Assembly: GCA_020891255.1 (NCBI GenBank)
Contig: BQFW01000005.1
Location: forward strand, 1,364,001 to 1,428,000
Direction: 5' to 3'
Origin: Entomortierella parvispora E1425
Lineage: Eukaryota; Fungi; Mortierellomycota
Length of the DNA: 64,000 bases
The notes beneath the pieces were generated by a model. It saw nothing but the letters and a program-made list of their open reading frames with translations, was not told the DNA's origin and did no database searches. Shown in pieces: positions 47,101-59,336 of the stretch (within the stretch, counting starts at the first letter, position 1; every line of letters begins with the position of its first letter). The position numbers and the translations under genes were made by a program.

Positions 47101-49801
47101 TGGCTCTTATAGGAGACTAGGTACAACGCCTCAGGCAGGGCAAGCTACAGCGACTGGAATTTCGCTGCTTCAACGATCGGCAAGCACTATGGTCCATTCC
47201 TCTACAGGGGGGATTGGATCGGCCTACTACCATACCATTGACAGTGGATCAAGGAATCAGTTCCAGCATGCAAACAACAATTCATCCAGTTTGCGTCCTC
47301 TTTCACCACTGTCAGGAAAGCAGCCCAAGATAGCTGGGATGGCTCGCCTATTTGAGGACGGTCCATCCATGTCAAGTCACGCAGGATATCCAGCAATGAT
47401 GGCCGATAGATACGATGATGAGGGTGACTCCCGCTCTTATGGATCCCATTCAGTAGTCTCCAAGCTGGACCAGCTGTTGCTTTTGCTCGAGTTTGTGAAC
47501 ACGGCCCAATGCCGAATGATGGCATACCAAGATTTGCAGTTTGACAAGAGCAAGGAGGCCAACGTGGACGATGGCAGAATGATGGCAGTGCAGGAGCACA
47601 TGGAGCAAATGGACAAGAAGATAAACCAGCAAATGAATCTTTTGAAGCGAATCGTAGGCACCGAGGGTAGGCCAACCATAGTGGAGCTGAGTGAGTCAGA
47701 GGCAGCTCAGAGTTCAGACAGCTCCGAAAGCCTGCCAGAGGGTTTGGATGAAAACGGTACCTCTCTTTCAACAAAACACCAACACAAGGATGACCTTACT
47801 TTGTTTGAAGTGTTGAATCGACTCGATCTGCAGGTGATTCCCTCCGTGCAGGACCAGTCCAACAGGATTTATGAACTCTCGGATCAGCTCTCAGAGATGA
47901 AGCGACAGCTCGATGAGCAGCAACGGCGACTCCAAGAAACTACTTCTACCCTGGCTTCTGCCCCGACAGCCCGTCCTCGTGTAGCGACTTCGAATTCAGT
48001 GGTCCGAAGCAATAGTCTTGAGGGATCCTCAGCTGTAGCATTACCTCATTCCCGATCGGGCTCGCAAATCTCGTTGCAACAACAGTCCTCCATCCCAGGA
48101 TCTGTAGTATCATCCCCTCTCGATGTCGAATCCCCCGCTCTGTGGCGCGCTTCCCTCAGACCTAGCAACAGCACAAGCAGCTCGGCTTCTCTTTCCAGAG
48201 ACAGATTGTCAGGATCTCAATCTACATCTGATCGGATCGCGGAAATGCTGGATCGAATGGATGCCCGGATGACCTCTGTGATTGATGAGCAATTGGCTCG
48301 GTATGAGAAGGGCAACAAGGAGCTTTTGGCCAAGGTTTTTGAGCTCTTGGATGCAGATGACGATGATGAAGAGGAAGACGAGTCAGCACCTTCTCAAGGA
48401 ATGAAGCGGTCTGGTTCAAAGAAGGCGCTAGCAGCTTCGTCACCGCAACGGGACCTTGAGGATCGACATGGCCCACAATGGCCGACTGAGCCATTTGATC
48501 GGCTCAAGGACCTGATTTTGCAAGAGGCGGATCGTTCAGAGAACTCGCTGAACGATCAGAGAGACGAACTTCTGGAGAAGTTGAATTATCTGCAGTCCTC
48601 GATTCAGGAATCCCAGGCTATGGACTCTTTGAGGCAGGGCACCGTCCAGGAAGAGCTGAGGGATATGCGGGATTGGATCGTGACTCATTCGAGTCGCCAA
48701 ACTGAAAACCTCCGAGATTTGCTGCAGGAGATGACTCTTCACTCAGCCCCGCCTACATCCTCGCAGCCTACAGAAACAAGTGCCATGACGGTCGAATTTC
48801 GGGAGGAAGGTGAAGGTGGAGTCGATGCAGTTCTCTCATCTTTGGACACGATTGATTTGACCAATGGGCGCACAACCGCGACCGCCCAAAAAGGGCAATC
48901 CCAACTGGACGAGGCCATGATCCGTGAGGTGATTCAGGACCAGCTCGAGATGTTTACCCGCGTCCAGATGGCGACCTTTTCCGAAATGTCGGACAATCTC
49001 AACGGAGTGGAGCGGATGATGCGGGATATGGCCAAGATGATGGGTCTTCGGCGCGGCGGCACGATCTTGCGAAAGAAGGAAGCAGAAGAAGGACGGGCGA
49101 TGCTGGCCATGGAGGTCAAGGAGACCATTGAGGAGGTGATGACCCGACGCATCTCCTCGCTCTCGCCTGCCGCATCCTCGGCGTCCGTGTCTTCGAGCCT
49201 GGCCAATGGGACGCTTCCTCGTGCTGGATCTATGGACGGCGGTATCCTCAGTGGTGCCACCTCTCCTCAAGAGCCTACCCCAGAGGGCAGTGCTAAGCAG
49301 CCCAACGGAAGCGGTAGCGGTCTCTTCAAGTACTTGTATCAACCTCGACGATCCATCTCCTTGGCGACAGGCATGGAACCCTCCTCAACAGCGGCCACAC
49401 CTCCCCGTCCCGCCAGCTTTACAAACGGCAGCACCAAGGGCAGCACTCCTCTGGGAGCAGAGTCCAATCACAATCTCCTTCGCCGATCTTCTGGAGAACT
49501 AGCGTTCGCGGAGGAGGACCATGCGGGTGAGCCTACAGACGACGATGAGCGCTTGCCTTGCAAGCCCAAGAAGAAGAAGAGTCTCAACGAGACCCCCTCG
49601 CTTGGCAGATCCAGTACCGACACCCAAGAACTGTCGATGGAATGGGTCCATGATCAATTGGAGGCCCTGTACAAACGAAAGGCTCGCGCAGAGATTGAGG
49701 TGGAGGATCTGGTGGCCAAGAAGGATGCCCTTCGGACCGAATGTGATGCTCTTCAACGTGAATTGGAAGAACTGCGAACACAGAAAGCCATGGTCGCCTG
49801 A
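43552..49801 (+). CDS. Large PH-domain + coiled-coil protein, 4 exons
   Basis: Gln/Ser-rich exon 1. Small exons give VAKEGWLWRRGNLL / TWKRCYAIG.., and the last exon completes the PH domain (ERTGWIDAL), followed by long coiled coils. Confidence 0.8.
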
Positions 49802-49961
49802 GATCCTTCATGTAATACGATTTTAAACAAAAAAAATTAAAAGAAAAAAAAAAAAAATGCAGAACATCGAATGTAAAAGAATGGTCTATATTTTGTACAT
49901 ACAAAGAGAGAGGCGGAAAAAAAAAATGCAAAGGAAAAAGATCAGGGCAAGTCTAGCTCTT

Positions 49962-52900
49962 CTATGGGGTTGGTTCAGATTTGGGTTCCGATTTGGGTTC
50001 AGGAGGGTTGTCAGAGGCAGTTCTCTTGTTGGCTGCTTTAGCACTAAGACCCAGCTCCCTCATGATCTGGAAGGGATTCTTCTTGCGGTCAAAGAGTCGA
50101 GGGAGCAGGCCCCATCGGTCGAGGTCTTGGTCCGAGAATGACTTTTCAGCAAAGAGCATGTGAATCAGCACGGACCTCTTGATCGCGTCTGCCTTGGACA
50201 GCTTCAGCCTTTCATGATCGGCGATCAAGGTGTTGTTCAAGTTCAGGCCACGAATCGATCGCATCAATGCCTCCTCATCCTCCACAGCCCTAAAGTCCTC
50301 TACGCTCCTCAGTGGTTTCGCATTGTCCTTCAGGGAGAGAACCTTGTGAAGGTGGTCGTGGAAGTACTCCAGGTGTAACTTAGGTCGGTACCGGAGCGAC
50401 GCCCTATGGAGCTTTTGGCGGACCTCATTGTCCGACATGTCATGGGGGATCTCTGATTTTGGGAGGTCCATCGCATCCGCCAAACGCTCCAGCTCTGCTC
50501 GATCAAAAGTTTCATAGTCTGCTGGTTTGGCAGGAATCTTCATCAGCTTGAAACGGATATCATCGTACGGGTGAGCGGTACTAATCAATTGGTCATGCTT
50601 TGTCTTGAGATGCTCTAACCGCTCAGCTTCCTCTCCTTTCAAAGGACCAGCAATCGATTTCTGGATAAGGTCGAGATCCTTGATGGTGAGTCGAAGATTT
50701 TTGGAGGGAGCATCAAAGGGTCGGTAGTGGATCGTCGGCTCTTCGGGCATCACCCATTTTCTTCGTGCTGTAGCGCCTTCTTCTTCTCCTGAATTGAATT
50801 GAGACTCGGCAACGGTTGCATCAGCTGACAAGTTCTTGAGCTTACGGACCATTCGTTCCGCAATGGAAGCTGGTATCTCTTCCTCAGCGTTCTTGGAAGG
50901 GGCAGGCTCCTCTTGGATTTTGGTGTAGCCCTTGGGCTCCCAGACCAGGAACCCTCCGTCTGCCTGTTGCTTTTCCTCATGTTCAGCCATAGCTCGACCC
51001 TGCTCACTGATTTTCCGGAGACGATCCCGCATAGCATCAAACGAAGACGATGTCTTTTCGCTCGGTGGTGGCGTCCGACCTTCCGCCAAAGCAGCAGCTG
51101 CAACAGCAGCCTCCCGCTCCTTATCGTCCGAGAGGATTTCTGCCTGCAGAGCCTTGACTCGGCGGTATTCGTTCATCATATGGGGTTTCTTCAGCTCTGC
51201 AATCTTGAATCTCAATTCCCACACGTCAGTTCCCCTGTCATTCAGTTCAAAAGGTCCCACGGTCGGGGTGCTGTTGATGTTGGAATAGCAAACAATCTGC
51301 CACAGACTTAGTTCAGCTCCAGGCTGTATCTCTGGCGCCCCGTTCTCGTCAAACTCAACGACAACATTCTCCCCTCGAGTAGAAGAGGCGGCACCCAGGG
51401 GCATAGTCTCCACCCAGACATTCATACTCTGCACTGTTTCGTCCGTGTCCACTGTGATCTTCAGGTCCTGTTCGGGGTATTTTGCCGTGATCTCATCCAA
51501 AGCTCTGTTTAAAAGTCGGAGTTGGTTCTTGAAGCATTCGTCTCCCATGACAGTAGTACCGAACAAACGCGAATCCATCTCGTCCAATGAAATGTACTGG
51601 AATCCAAAAATCTTGGCCGTGTTGTGGAAAGCTACAAAGATTCCGTCCATTTGACCGATTCGAACCTGGAGACTGTACTTGAGGAACGCAGAGCGCATCA
51701 TATCATAGTATTCACGCTCAAAACTCTCAAGATATCCATGAGCCTTTGAAAGTTGATAGCCCTGGTTCTGTTCGTAGTTGTGAACATCCAATCTGATTGC
51801 GACCGCAGCCCTTGTCTTGAGATCAAAAGTCTTTCCTGGGAGTCGAGGGTCCTCACAGTCCAGTTGAGATCGAAGCACAAAGTTCTCTGTGTTGATATAG
51901 TTGAATGCCTCTGGTTGATTACGTTCCTCCATAGTCACTTGCCAAGAGTTCTTTTTCGTGAACCGTGAAAATTCCTGTGGTGTACTGGTGAGCATTTTCT
52001 CCATTGATTTTCCCTATGATCAGGCTGAGGGTCAGTCAAATCTTCTACAGAAAACAATAATATTGAGAAATGACGGTGACAGGTGGATTGGACTTACAAG
52101 CTGCATCAATACTGTGCTAGAGTCAAACGTTTTGTCGGCATCAATGGCATACACCCCAGAGCCTTTGTACACCAACTGGATCGTCGATGGGGCTCGACTT
52201 AACCGAGTGAATCCTTTCGGCTACAATGTACAGGGCGTTTGTCAGGGGTTGCTCATAATGTCCTGACTCTGCCCAAATGATCATGATCTTTGTCCTACCT
52301 GTGACGCAAAAGCTCCCGAGAGGTGATTCGTTTTGAGGGGTTTCCAGGCCGAGATCAAATAGTAAAACTGTGACAAGATGGATGTCATAGAGGAGGTCGA
52401 TCCCATGTATTTTGCTTTATGCAATCGCGTGACATTGAAAAGTGCTGGATCCCTGGATGAAGTCCTGTAAGCGGGGAGGGCATCATAATCAAAGTCGTCC
52501 GGCTGACAGATCGATCGAAGATAAGGGTCATAGTTGAAAACAGAAGATCGTGGATCCCGCAGCCAATGTACTCCTGGACTATTTGACAATAAAAAAAATA
52601 AAATAAAAAAATTAATAAAATCCTGTTAGGTATTCCTCATACAACCATACCGCCCTATACATACTTGAACAAAACTCGATCAAGTCCATGTTCCAAGGCA
52701 GCGACCTTTGGTATATTTGTAGGTGTAATATCTAGAAGAGGCACAGGGTCAATCATAGCTGTTGAAGAAAATGGCCTACTCCGATCGAGGATATAAACAT
52801 ACTTTTGACCTTGACCTCGTTGGCATTCACAGACTCCCAGCGTGCCGACCCTACAAGGTATTGAGCCTGAATATCCGGCAACTGTGATCCGGACGCTGGT

Positions 52901-53355
52901 TCAGCGTTAGCCCTATTATAGCGCGAGTCTCTCCTCCCTGGAATAGCCTTCAGTCCCGCTTGAATGGCAGAGTCGAGCTGATTTGCAAATGGATCGGCAG
53001 CCGCACTGAAGGGGTGTTTGCTACTGCTCTTTGATACTATGGCTGCAACCATCTCCTTGGCCGAAACAGCGGGTCTCTGTACAAATTGGGGTCCATCTGT
53101 GATCGCATCTCCAACAGATACGGAAGTGCTCTTTGACTTTCCAGCAGATGCGGAAGCGCTTTTTGACTTTGGATATTTCCCTTTCTTTGGAGGTCCCGTG
53201 CGCTCAAGTCTCTTATTTGTAGTGGCTGTCGACGATATTGTCCTGCATGGGCGTAGTACAGCACGCCCAAGGGGAAGCCATCCTCGAGAGGGCAGTCCAC
53301 CGACTGCCCGACAGAGCGAGGAGGCTCGAGACGAGATGCCAAGGGCTCTTGACAT
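49962..53355 (-). CDS. PET127: Mitochondrial 5'-3' exoribonuclease Pet127, multi-exon
   Basis: Arg/Ser-rich presequence-like start, LEHGLDRVLFNPGV (spliced), STSSMTSILSQFY, LRSQLDC..LP..TFDLKTRA, YYDMMRSAFLKYSLQVRIG.MDGIFVA.HNT. Confidence 0.95.
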
Positions 53356-53844
53356 TAACTAGTTAGAAGCCGGTTTGCTCGTCAGTACTGGCGGTAAATT
53401 GGTCTGATCCAGAGTCTGGTCGTGCTAATGTTGATCCCGAGAGCGAAGGTGATGGATGGATGGATCGACAAAGGCATGCGATCAGGCCAAAAAAGGGAAT
53501 GCAGACTGTTTACGCAGCAGTCACGCAAAAATTGGTGGCGTTTTTATCCCATCCGCTGCGGAGGCCAGCTTCTCGAGGATGGCGCGTGTTTTGATGAAAC
53601 TTGGTTGCTCTGAAGGGGGCACCGTACCAGAGTCTTGGACGGCTGGCAAGAATGAGGCCTGATGTTGACTCTGCACCGCCTTTTTCAATATGGCGAGCCA
53701 TAGCCATTCGGGTAGGTACTGGAGAAAGCAGCGAACAATAGCGCCTTTCAGGGTCTCGAAGGTGTATCCGTGAAGTTGTCTTTTTTTAATTATTAAACTC
53801 ATTCCTTTGTTGCCTACATCTGCTATGCCGCCCAAGAATACCCC

Positions 53845-55377
53845 CTACGCGAATGACATGAGCTCGTCCTCGTCTACAAAAACTTTGCCCTGGAATTCCT
53901 CCTCAAGAGGCACCTCATCCACAAATATAACGTCGTGCTTGTCCGTCTCGGCCTCTTTGCGCTCCCTCATATCCTCAGTCATTTCCTTCGACATGGACTC
54001 CATCATCCGAAGCTGGGTCTCGAAACAGAACTTGAGGTCATTCTCAAGAACAAGTTCTCCCGTTTGTCCTTTTTGAGAATCAGCGCCTACAGAAGCTGTC
54101 ATGACAGTCACCTCTGGCCTCTGATCGACATCGATGACAGGGACCGTGTTCTTGTTCTTGCGGGCCTTGCCTCTTTTGCTCGACCCTGCCTTTGCTGCAT
54201 TGACCTTGCGCTCATAGAGCTCAAAGCAAGGGAACTCGATCGTATTCTGGGTCAAGTAGTAGTGAACAAAAGTCTGATCAAGGATGGTCAGTTCTATGAA
54301 CCTGATTGTGAAAGACAAAGTCTTTGTCAATTGCAGTCCAAAGCAGAAATGTACCTCTTTGGTTTGCCCGATACGGTGGACTCGGCTCACAGCCTGGGCA
54401 ATCAAGGCTGGGTTAACCAATGGTTCACAGATGAAGACGTGGGTTGCTTGTACCAGAGTTAAACCCCTAAGAAGTGAGCAAAAACGAAACATGAACAAGT
54501 TAGTGAAGCAAAGAAAAAAAAATCCTAGCAAGTCTGTATAACGATACTTACGCTGACTGCGACTTTGCATGGAGCATGAAGACGTGCTTGTCCTTGTTTG
54601 ACTTGAACTCTTGCACCGCAGATTTGTTTGCTGCGCCGCTGTCAAGTCGAACATGCCCAACTTGGTTCAAGACCAGACTCTCACTCACCAGTTGCAAGAG
54701 CCTGGACCACTGTGAAAAAACAAGACATTTAACCGAGGGATCCTCCTGGATCAAGAATCGGATATGACGGACAATACTGTCAATCTTGCTGCCGTAGCCA
54801 CTTTCGATGCGGACCCGAGCAATTGCATCAGGCACCTGACAAACCCCTCGGAGAGTGGTGGTGTCAGAGTCGATGGACAATGACCGGTGAAAGTCCTCAA
54901 GGCAAACACCTTCCTTGGGCGCGATGGAGCGACTTGAGGAAGACGCGCTTGACTGCACCATGGTCACCTTGGTCAACTTGGGTCTTGCAATTTGACTCTT
55001 GCAAGATGGACACTTGGAGTGGGTCTTTGTCCATTTGTCCAAACAAGCCTCACAAAAGACATGGCCACACTCGGTCAAAAGGCCGTACTGATAGTTGTCG
55101 CTGCAGATCAGGCAGACGCTCTCTTGCCCTCCATCTTGCTGCTCTGTGTTCGATGGAATAGCGGTAGCGGCAATGTTGTCAAGATAGGTTCGTCTGCTCT
55201 TGAGCTTGTTGATCCCAGCCAGGAGCGTTGTCTCCTCTGCAAGACACTTTTGAATATCTGCCTGAGGGTTCTTGGAGTCAACAACGAGAACTGTGTCCGA
55301 GATGGCCTGAAGCTGATGGTTATACAGGGATCGGACATCTGCGAGAATTTGCAGTTGCGCGAGTTCTCTACAAGTAC

Positions 55378-55411
<34 letters not shown>

Positions 55412-58400
55412 AGACAAAGGAAAAAAGTAAGTCGCTACTTCCTCTTTCAAAAGTAAAACAAGAAAAGGGCATGGCAGCGAACAACTTACTTTTCCAAAAA
55501 GTCTGCGACTGCTAGATGGTCCTCCTGCAACCCCTTCATTCGCTGTGTCAAATTTTTAGCGTGTATCTTGTCGTTGTGCGATGTATTCATAGAGGAGGCC
55601 ATAGACTCGAGTGTAGCGACAACAGTCTTGAAGGTGAATGCCAACTCGGGACTCACGGGATCGAGCATTTGCTTCTCTAATTGCTCATGCAGAGTCTCAT
55701 CCTCATCCACTTTTGTGGATTTCAGTCGCCTGGCAGCTCTGCTATTACGCCCGGTCATCATATCCTGGTGTTCTTTCTTGGCTTGCGCATCTCGAACAAA
55801 AGACGCAATTGATGATGGTCCACTCGAGAGCAGATCTTTACGGAAAAAGAAGAGTCGACTGTAGTTGTTCAGGTACGCGTGAACAGAAATCTCGCTCTCG
55901 TACGAGTCCATCAAGCTATCGCTCCCATCTGTTGCTTGGAGGTCAATGGGTTGAAGAAGGATCTCCAACAGGCATTTTCTCCATCCGCCTAAAAGTCTGA
56001 GGTGCTTGTTCAACAGCTGAACCAGGGACTTGAACCGGTGCGACATCTTTGAAAGAATTGTACCCTCCATACCCAGTATCTGGGGCTCAGGCATGAGGCT
56101 CCCTCGGTCCAGAGAAACACTGTGCATGGCTTCCATGACAGGGCCAACGACCTGCTGGAACTTGACGACGGGGTCTGAAAGCATACTCTCACGGATCATC
56201 TCCGCTTTACGATTATACTCGGCTGCCTTGACGGCCATGCCGTGATCAGAGTATTGCGCTCCCATGAAGAACAAAATTCGATGATGCTGCTCAACCCAGT
56301 CGCGGTACCTGGCTCTTGGATTCTCAGACCCATCCTTGTCCTCCATGGCGCGGCCACGGCGAGTGGGTTGTAGAGACAGGCTGGCGAAGGGGAGGGCGGC
56401 TTCTGTGCCCTCATCTTGACTGAGGTCTAGACTTTGATCGACTTTGTGCTTCCAGAACTGGACCTTATCTGCGATGTCGTTCTCGACTTGTTCAAGGAGC
56501 TCTTGGGCCTGGATGATATCATCAGCGTGGGCGTGAAGGATGGCTCTCTTGATCTTGACGGCTAGCAGGGCGCGGTCTTTGGTGTTGATCTGACTGGACA
56601 CCTTTCGCAACATGACTCCCAGTACAGTGTCGATCGTGTGGATGTCTTTGTTGCCCAGGTTTCCCTTGGTCCATGCTCCGATTTGTGGGTGGCAGCTGTG
56701 CAGGTTGATCAAAGAGAAAAAAAAAGAGTGAGAATCTATTCAGTGCACCAACGACAGCTGCGAAAAGAATCTAGCACCTTGCAACCCATACCTCGTTTGG
56801 CGCAGTCGTTCCAACCAAAGCTGCATCTTGTCAAAGTCTACATCTCCATCGAGGTTGCACTCTTGGAGGCATTCTTCCCAGAGATCCATATAATGAGTTC
56901 GTTCAATGTCAGAAAATTGGATCCCATAGACCAGTCGATGTTGCTTCGGCAAGATCAACTCATGGGCAACATCACTCTTGGCATGCCGGTGCATGATACG
57001 CTGGTAAGAGGCAATGAGCAAGGGTCGGAATGGAGGCGAGATCAACAACTTCCAAAGTCGCTTTTGAGAAGCAAGTGGGTCTTGTCTCAAAAACTGCAGG
57101 AGGGAGTGTAGATCCTCAATGTGCCGCTTGATCGGAGTTCCACTGACAGCCCACGATATAACGCGAGGGATCATGAGCGTCATGGCTGCTGCCTGAGAGA
57201 CCGTTGTGCCCTCGATCAGCTGTGCCTGTATACAATACAAAACGATCTCGGATTAGAACTTTGACCCTCCAACTCCTTTGTGCAGATAGATCATATTCAA
57301 AAAAAAAAAAAAAAAAAAAAGAAAAAAAGAAAAAAGGGTTGCCTTACCTCGTCGAGGCACACACGCCACCAATGGATCTTGACAAAAGGACTCTGTCGAG
57401 GGACATAGAGTCTTTCGAATCGACGAGGCCGGTCATATTGCTGAGTGTAGTTGATCTCCTTTGCAAGAGCCGGATAGGTTGTAAGGACAATATCGTACGA
57501 AGCGAGTTCTTCTGCGCTGATCGACCTGTGCACTTCGTCCACGTAAAGAAACACTCGCAGAGTCGGGGCATGGTTCTCAATTTCGCTTGCCCACTGGTGC
57601 AGGATCGAAGGCGGAGTGATGATCAAAGTGGCAGAGCTGTAAATCAGACCCAGAGGGGCACTCGTGTCCGTGCCGTTCAGCACGATGGTCTTGTCCTCTT
57701 CGGGATTGCTAGCCTTTCGCTTGTGCAAGAGAATTAAGGCAAGCATCTCGACCGTCTTGCCAAGGCCCATCTCTTCGGCAAGAATACCTCCTCGTGGCCC
57801 TTGCTCAGCCGCGACCAGGTCGTCACACGCAAGGCAAATAGAGCCATCAAGTCGATTGATGAAAAGCTCTTTGCCGAGCACAGTAGTCACCTTCTCCCAT
57901 GTCAGTGGCAATCGCTCCATCGTGGTGGGAGTTCTATCATACACCTGCTGTTCTCCGTCCTCCCTGAAACCAGCTGACTCTCGAGATAGAAGCCAAGCAA
58001 CCGACTGGCGTTGGAAAGGGAGAAGTCGTGGCATGAGCTCCTCAGGTTGAACACCAGCAGGGAGGTCCACGCGAGAAGAATTGGGGTGCAGATTCGCGTA
58101 TAAATCGACGATGGCATCCTGAGAGTAATGACCCTTTTGCTGAGCAGGAAAAACCAGGTTGATGAGATCCTGTCTCTCTTGGCGGAAGGGGCCGGACAAG
58201 GACAAGTCCTTTGACAGCAAGTTCGAATGAAGGTATACATCAAACTGCAGGGAAACAGATCCCTGATGCCTGTCCAGTTGGAAGCGTGTCTTCAGAATAG
58301 CCTGATTTAACTTGGCATGGTAACCGAGTGCCTCAAAAAGGGCCACGCTGAATGAGGTGGACACGAGGCAGCCGGGAGGTGACTGATGGTCACTGGAGGA

Positions 58401-58811
58401 AGGCGAGATCATCGAGGCCAAAGTCTCGCCTTCCAGCTGGATGGACACGGATCCAACCTTAAGAACAGGGGTGGGCTTGAGGCTTTCAATGTATTCACTG
58501 TTGAGGTGGCCACAGGGAAGCAGGTCCTTGATACGTCCCAGGTATTCTTGAGATTGACGAACATGGATCCAGCCGTCACTCTCCATTGCGTTAACACTTG
58601 AATCGAATGAGTAGACTTTGTCTTGATCACCATGGCGCTTGATACCGATGACTCCATCAATGCGTCTTCTCTTGGACTCTGGACCAGTCAAATCAACCAC
58701 CAGAGCATCTCGGGCTCGCGCTGTTGTCCTTGGCTTGCGGTTATTCTGGCATGTTGGACAGGCAGTGGCCATCACTGGAGGGAAAAGAACCCAGGACGAG
58801 ATCAAAGTCAT
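53845..58811 (-). CDS. SHPRH: SNF2 helicase + RING E3 ligase (SHPRH/IRC20-like), about 6 exons
   Basis: GGILAEEMGLGKT, ATLII.PPSILHQW..EI, WWRVCLDE|AQ, WAVSGTPI, RING CLIC..CGHVFCEAC..CPSC, FSQW, helicase C motifs (QAVSRVHRIGQ). Confidence 0.92.
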
Positions 58812-58963
58812 GGTGAGAAAGGGGTTGGAGTGGGGGTGCAAGGTTGAATATCGAATGATGAGAATCAAAAAAAAAAAAAAATTCTGAAGCGCCAGACGCG
58901 TATATTTAAGGGGTGTATAGATTTTACTGTTGATTCCTGTATAGAGTTATGAACCTTACGTCT

Positions 58964-59047
58964 GAGAATGAACGTTGTGTCTGAAAACAGAATGGGTGGG
59001 ATGCCAGAGAATGAACGTTTGCCGAAAATAGAATGGGTGGGATGCCA
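58964..59047 (+). repeat. Imperfect direct repeat, 2 x about 42 bp
   Basis: gagaatgaacgtt....gaaaa.agaatgggtgggatgcca occurs twice in tandem. Confidence 0.9.
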
Positions 59048-59336
59048 GCGTTGCTCACAGACCACTTCCAAACCCTGGCTCAATCCAGCGACGAAGGACT
59101 AGCAGCTGGCCTGTGTGTGCTGTCTGTTGACACCGAAAAAACAGACAGAGGGATATAGCTTTGTAGCCATCTTGATAGTCGACTGGACTTGTTCAAGCTG
59201 TAAACAGTTGGGCTCGAACTTCACTTTACGCACTTTGCTCAATAAAACTCGCCTCACAGAAAAGACAAAAAGACGTTCAAAAAATCACCAGCTTTATTCT
59301 CTTCTTTTCTCTTCTTTCTTTCCTTCTCTCCTTTGC

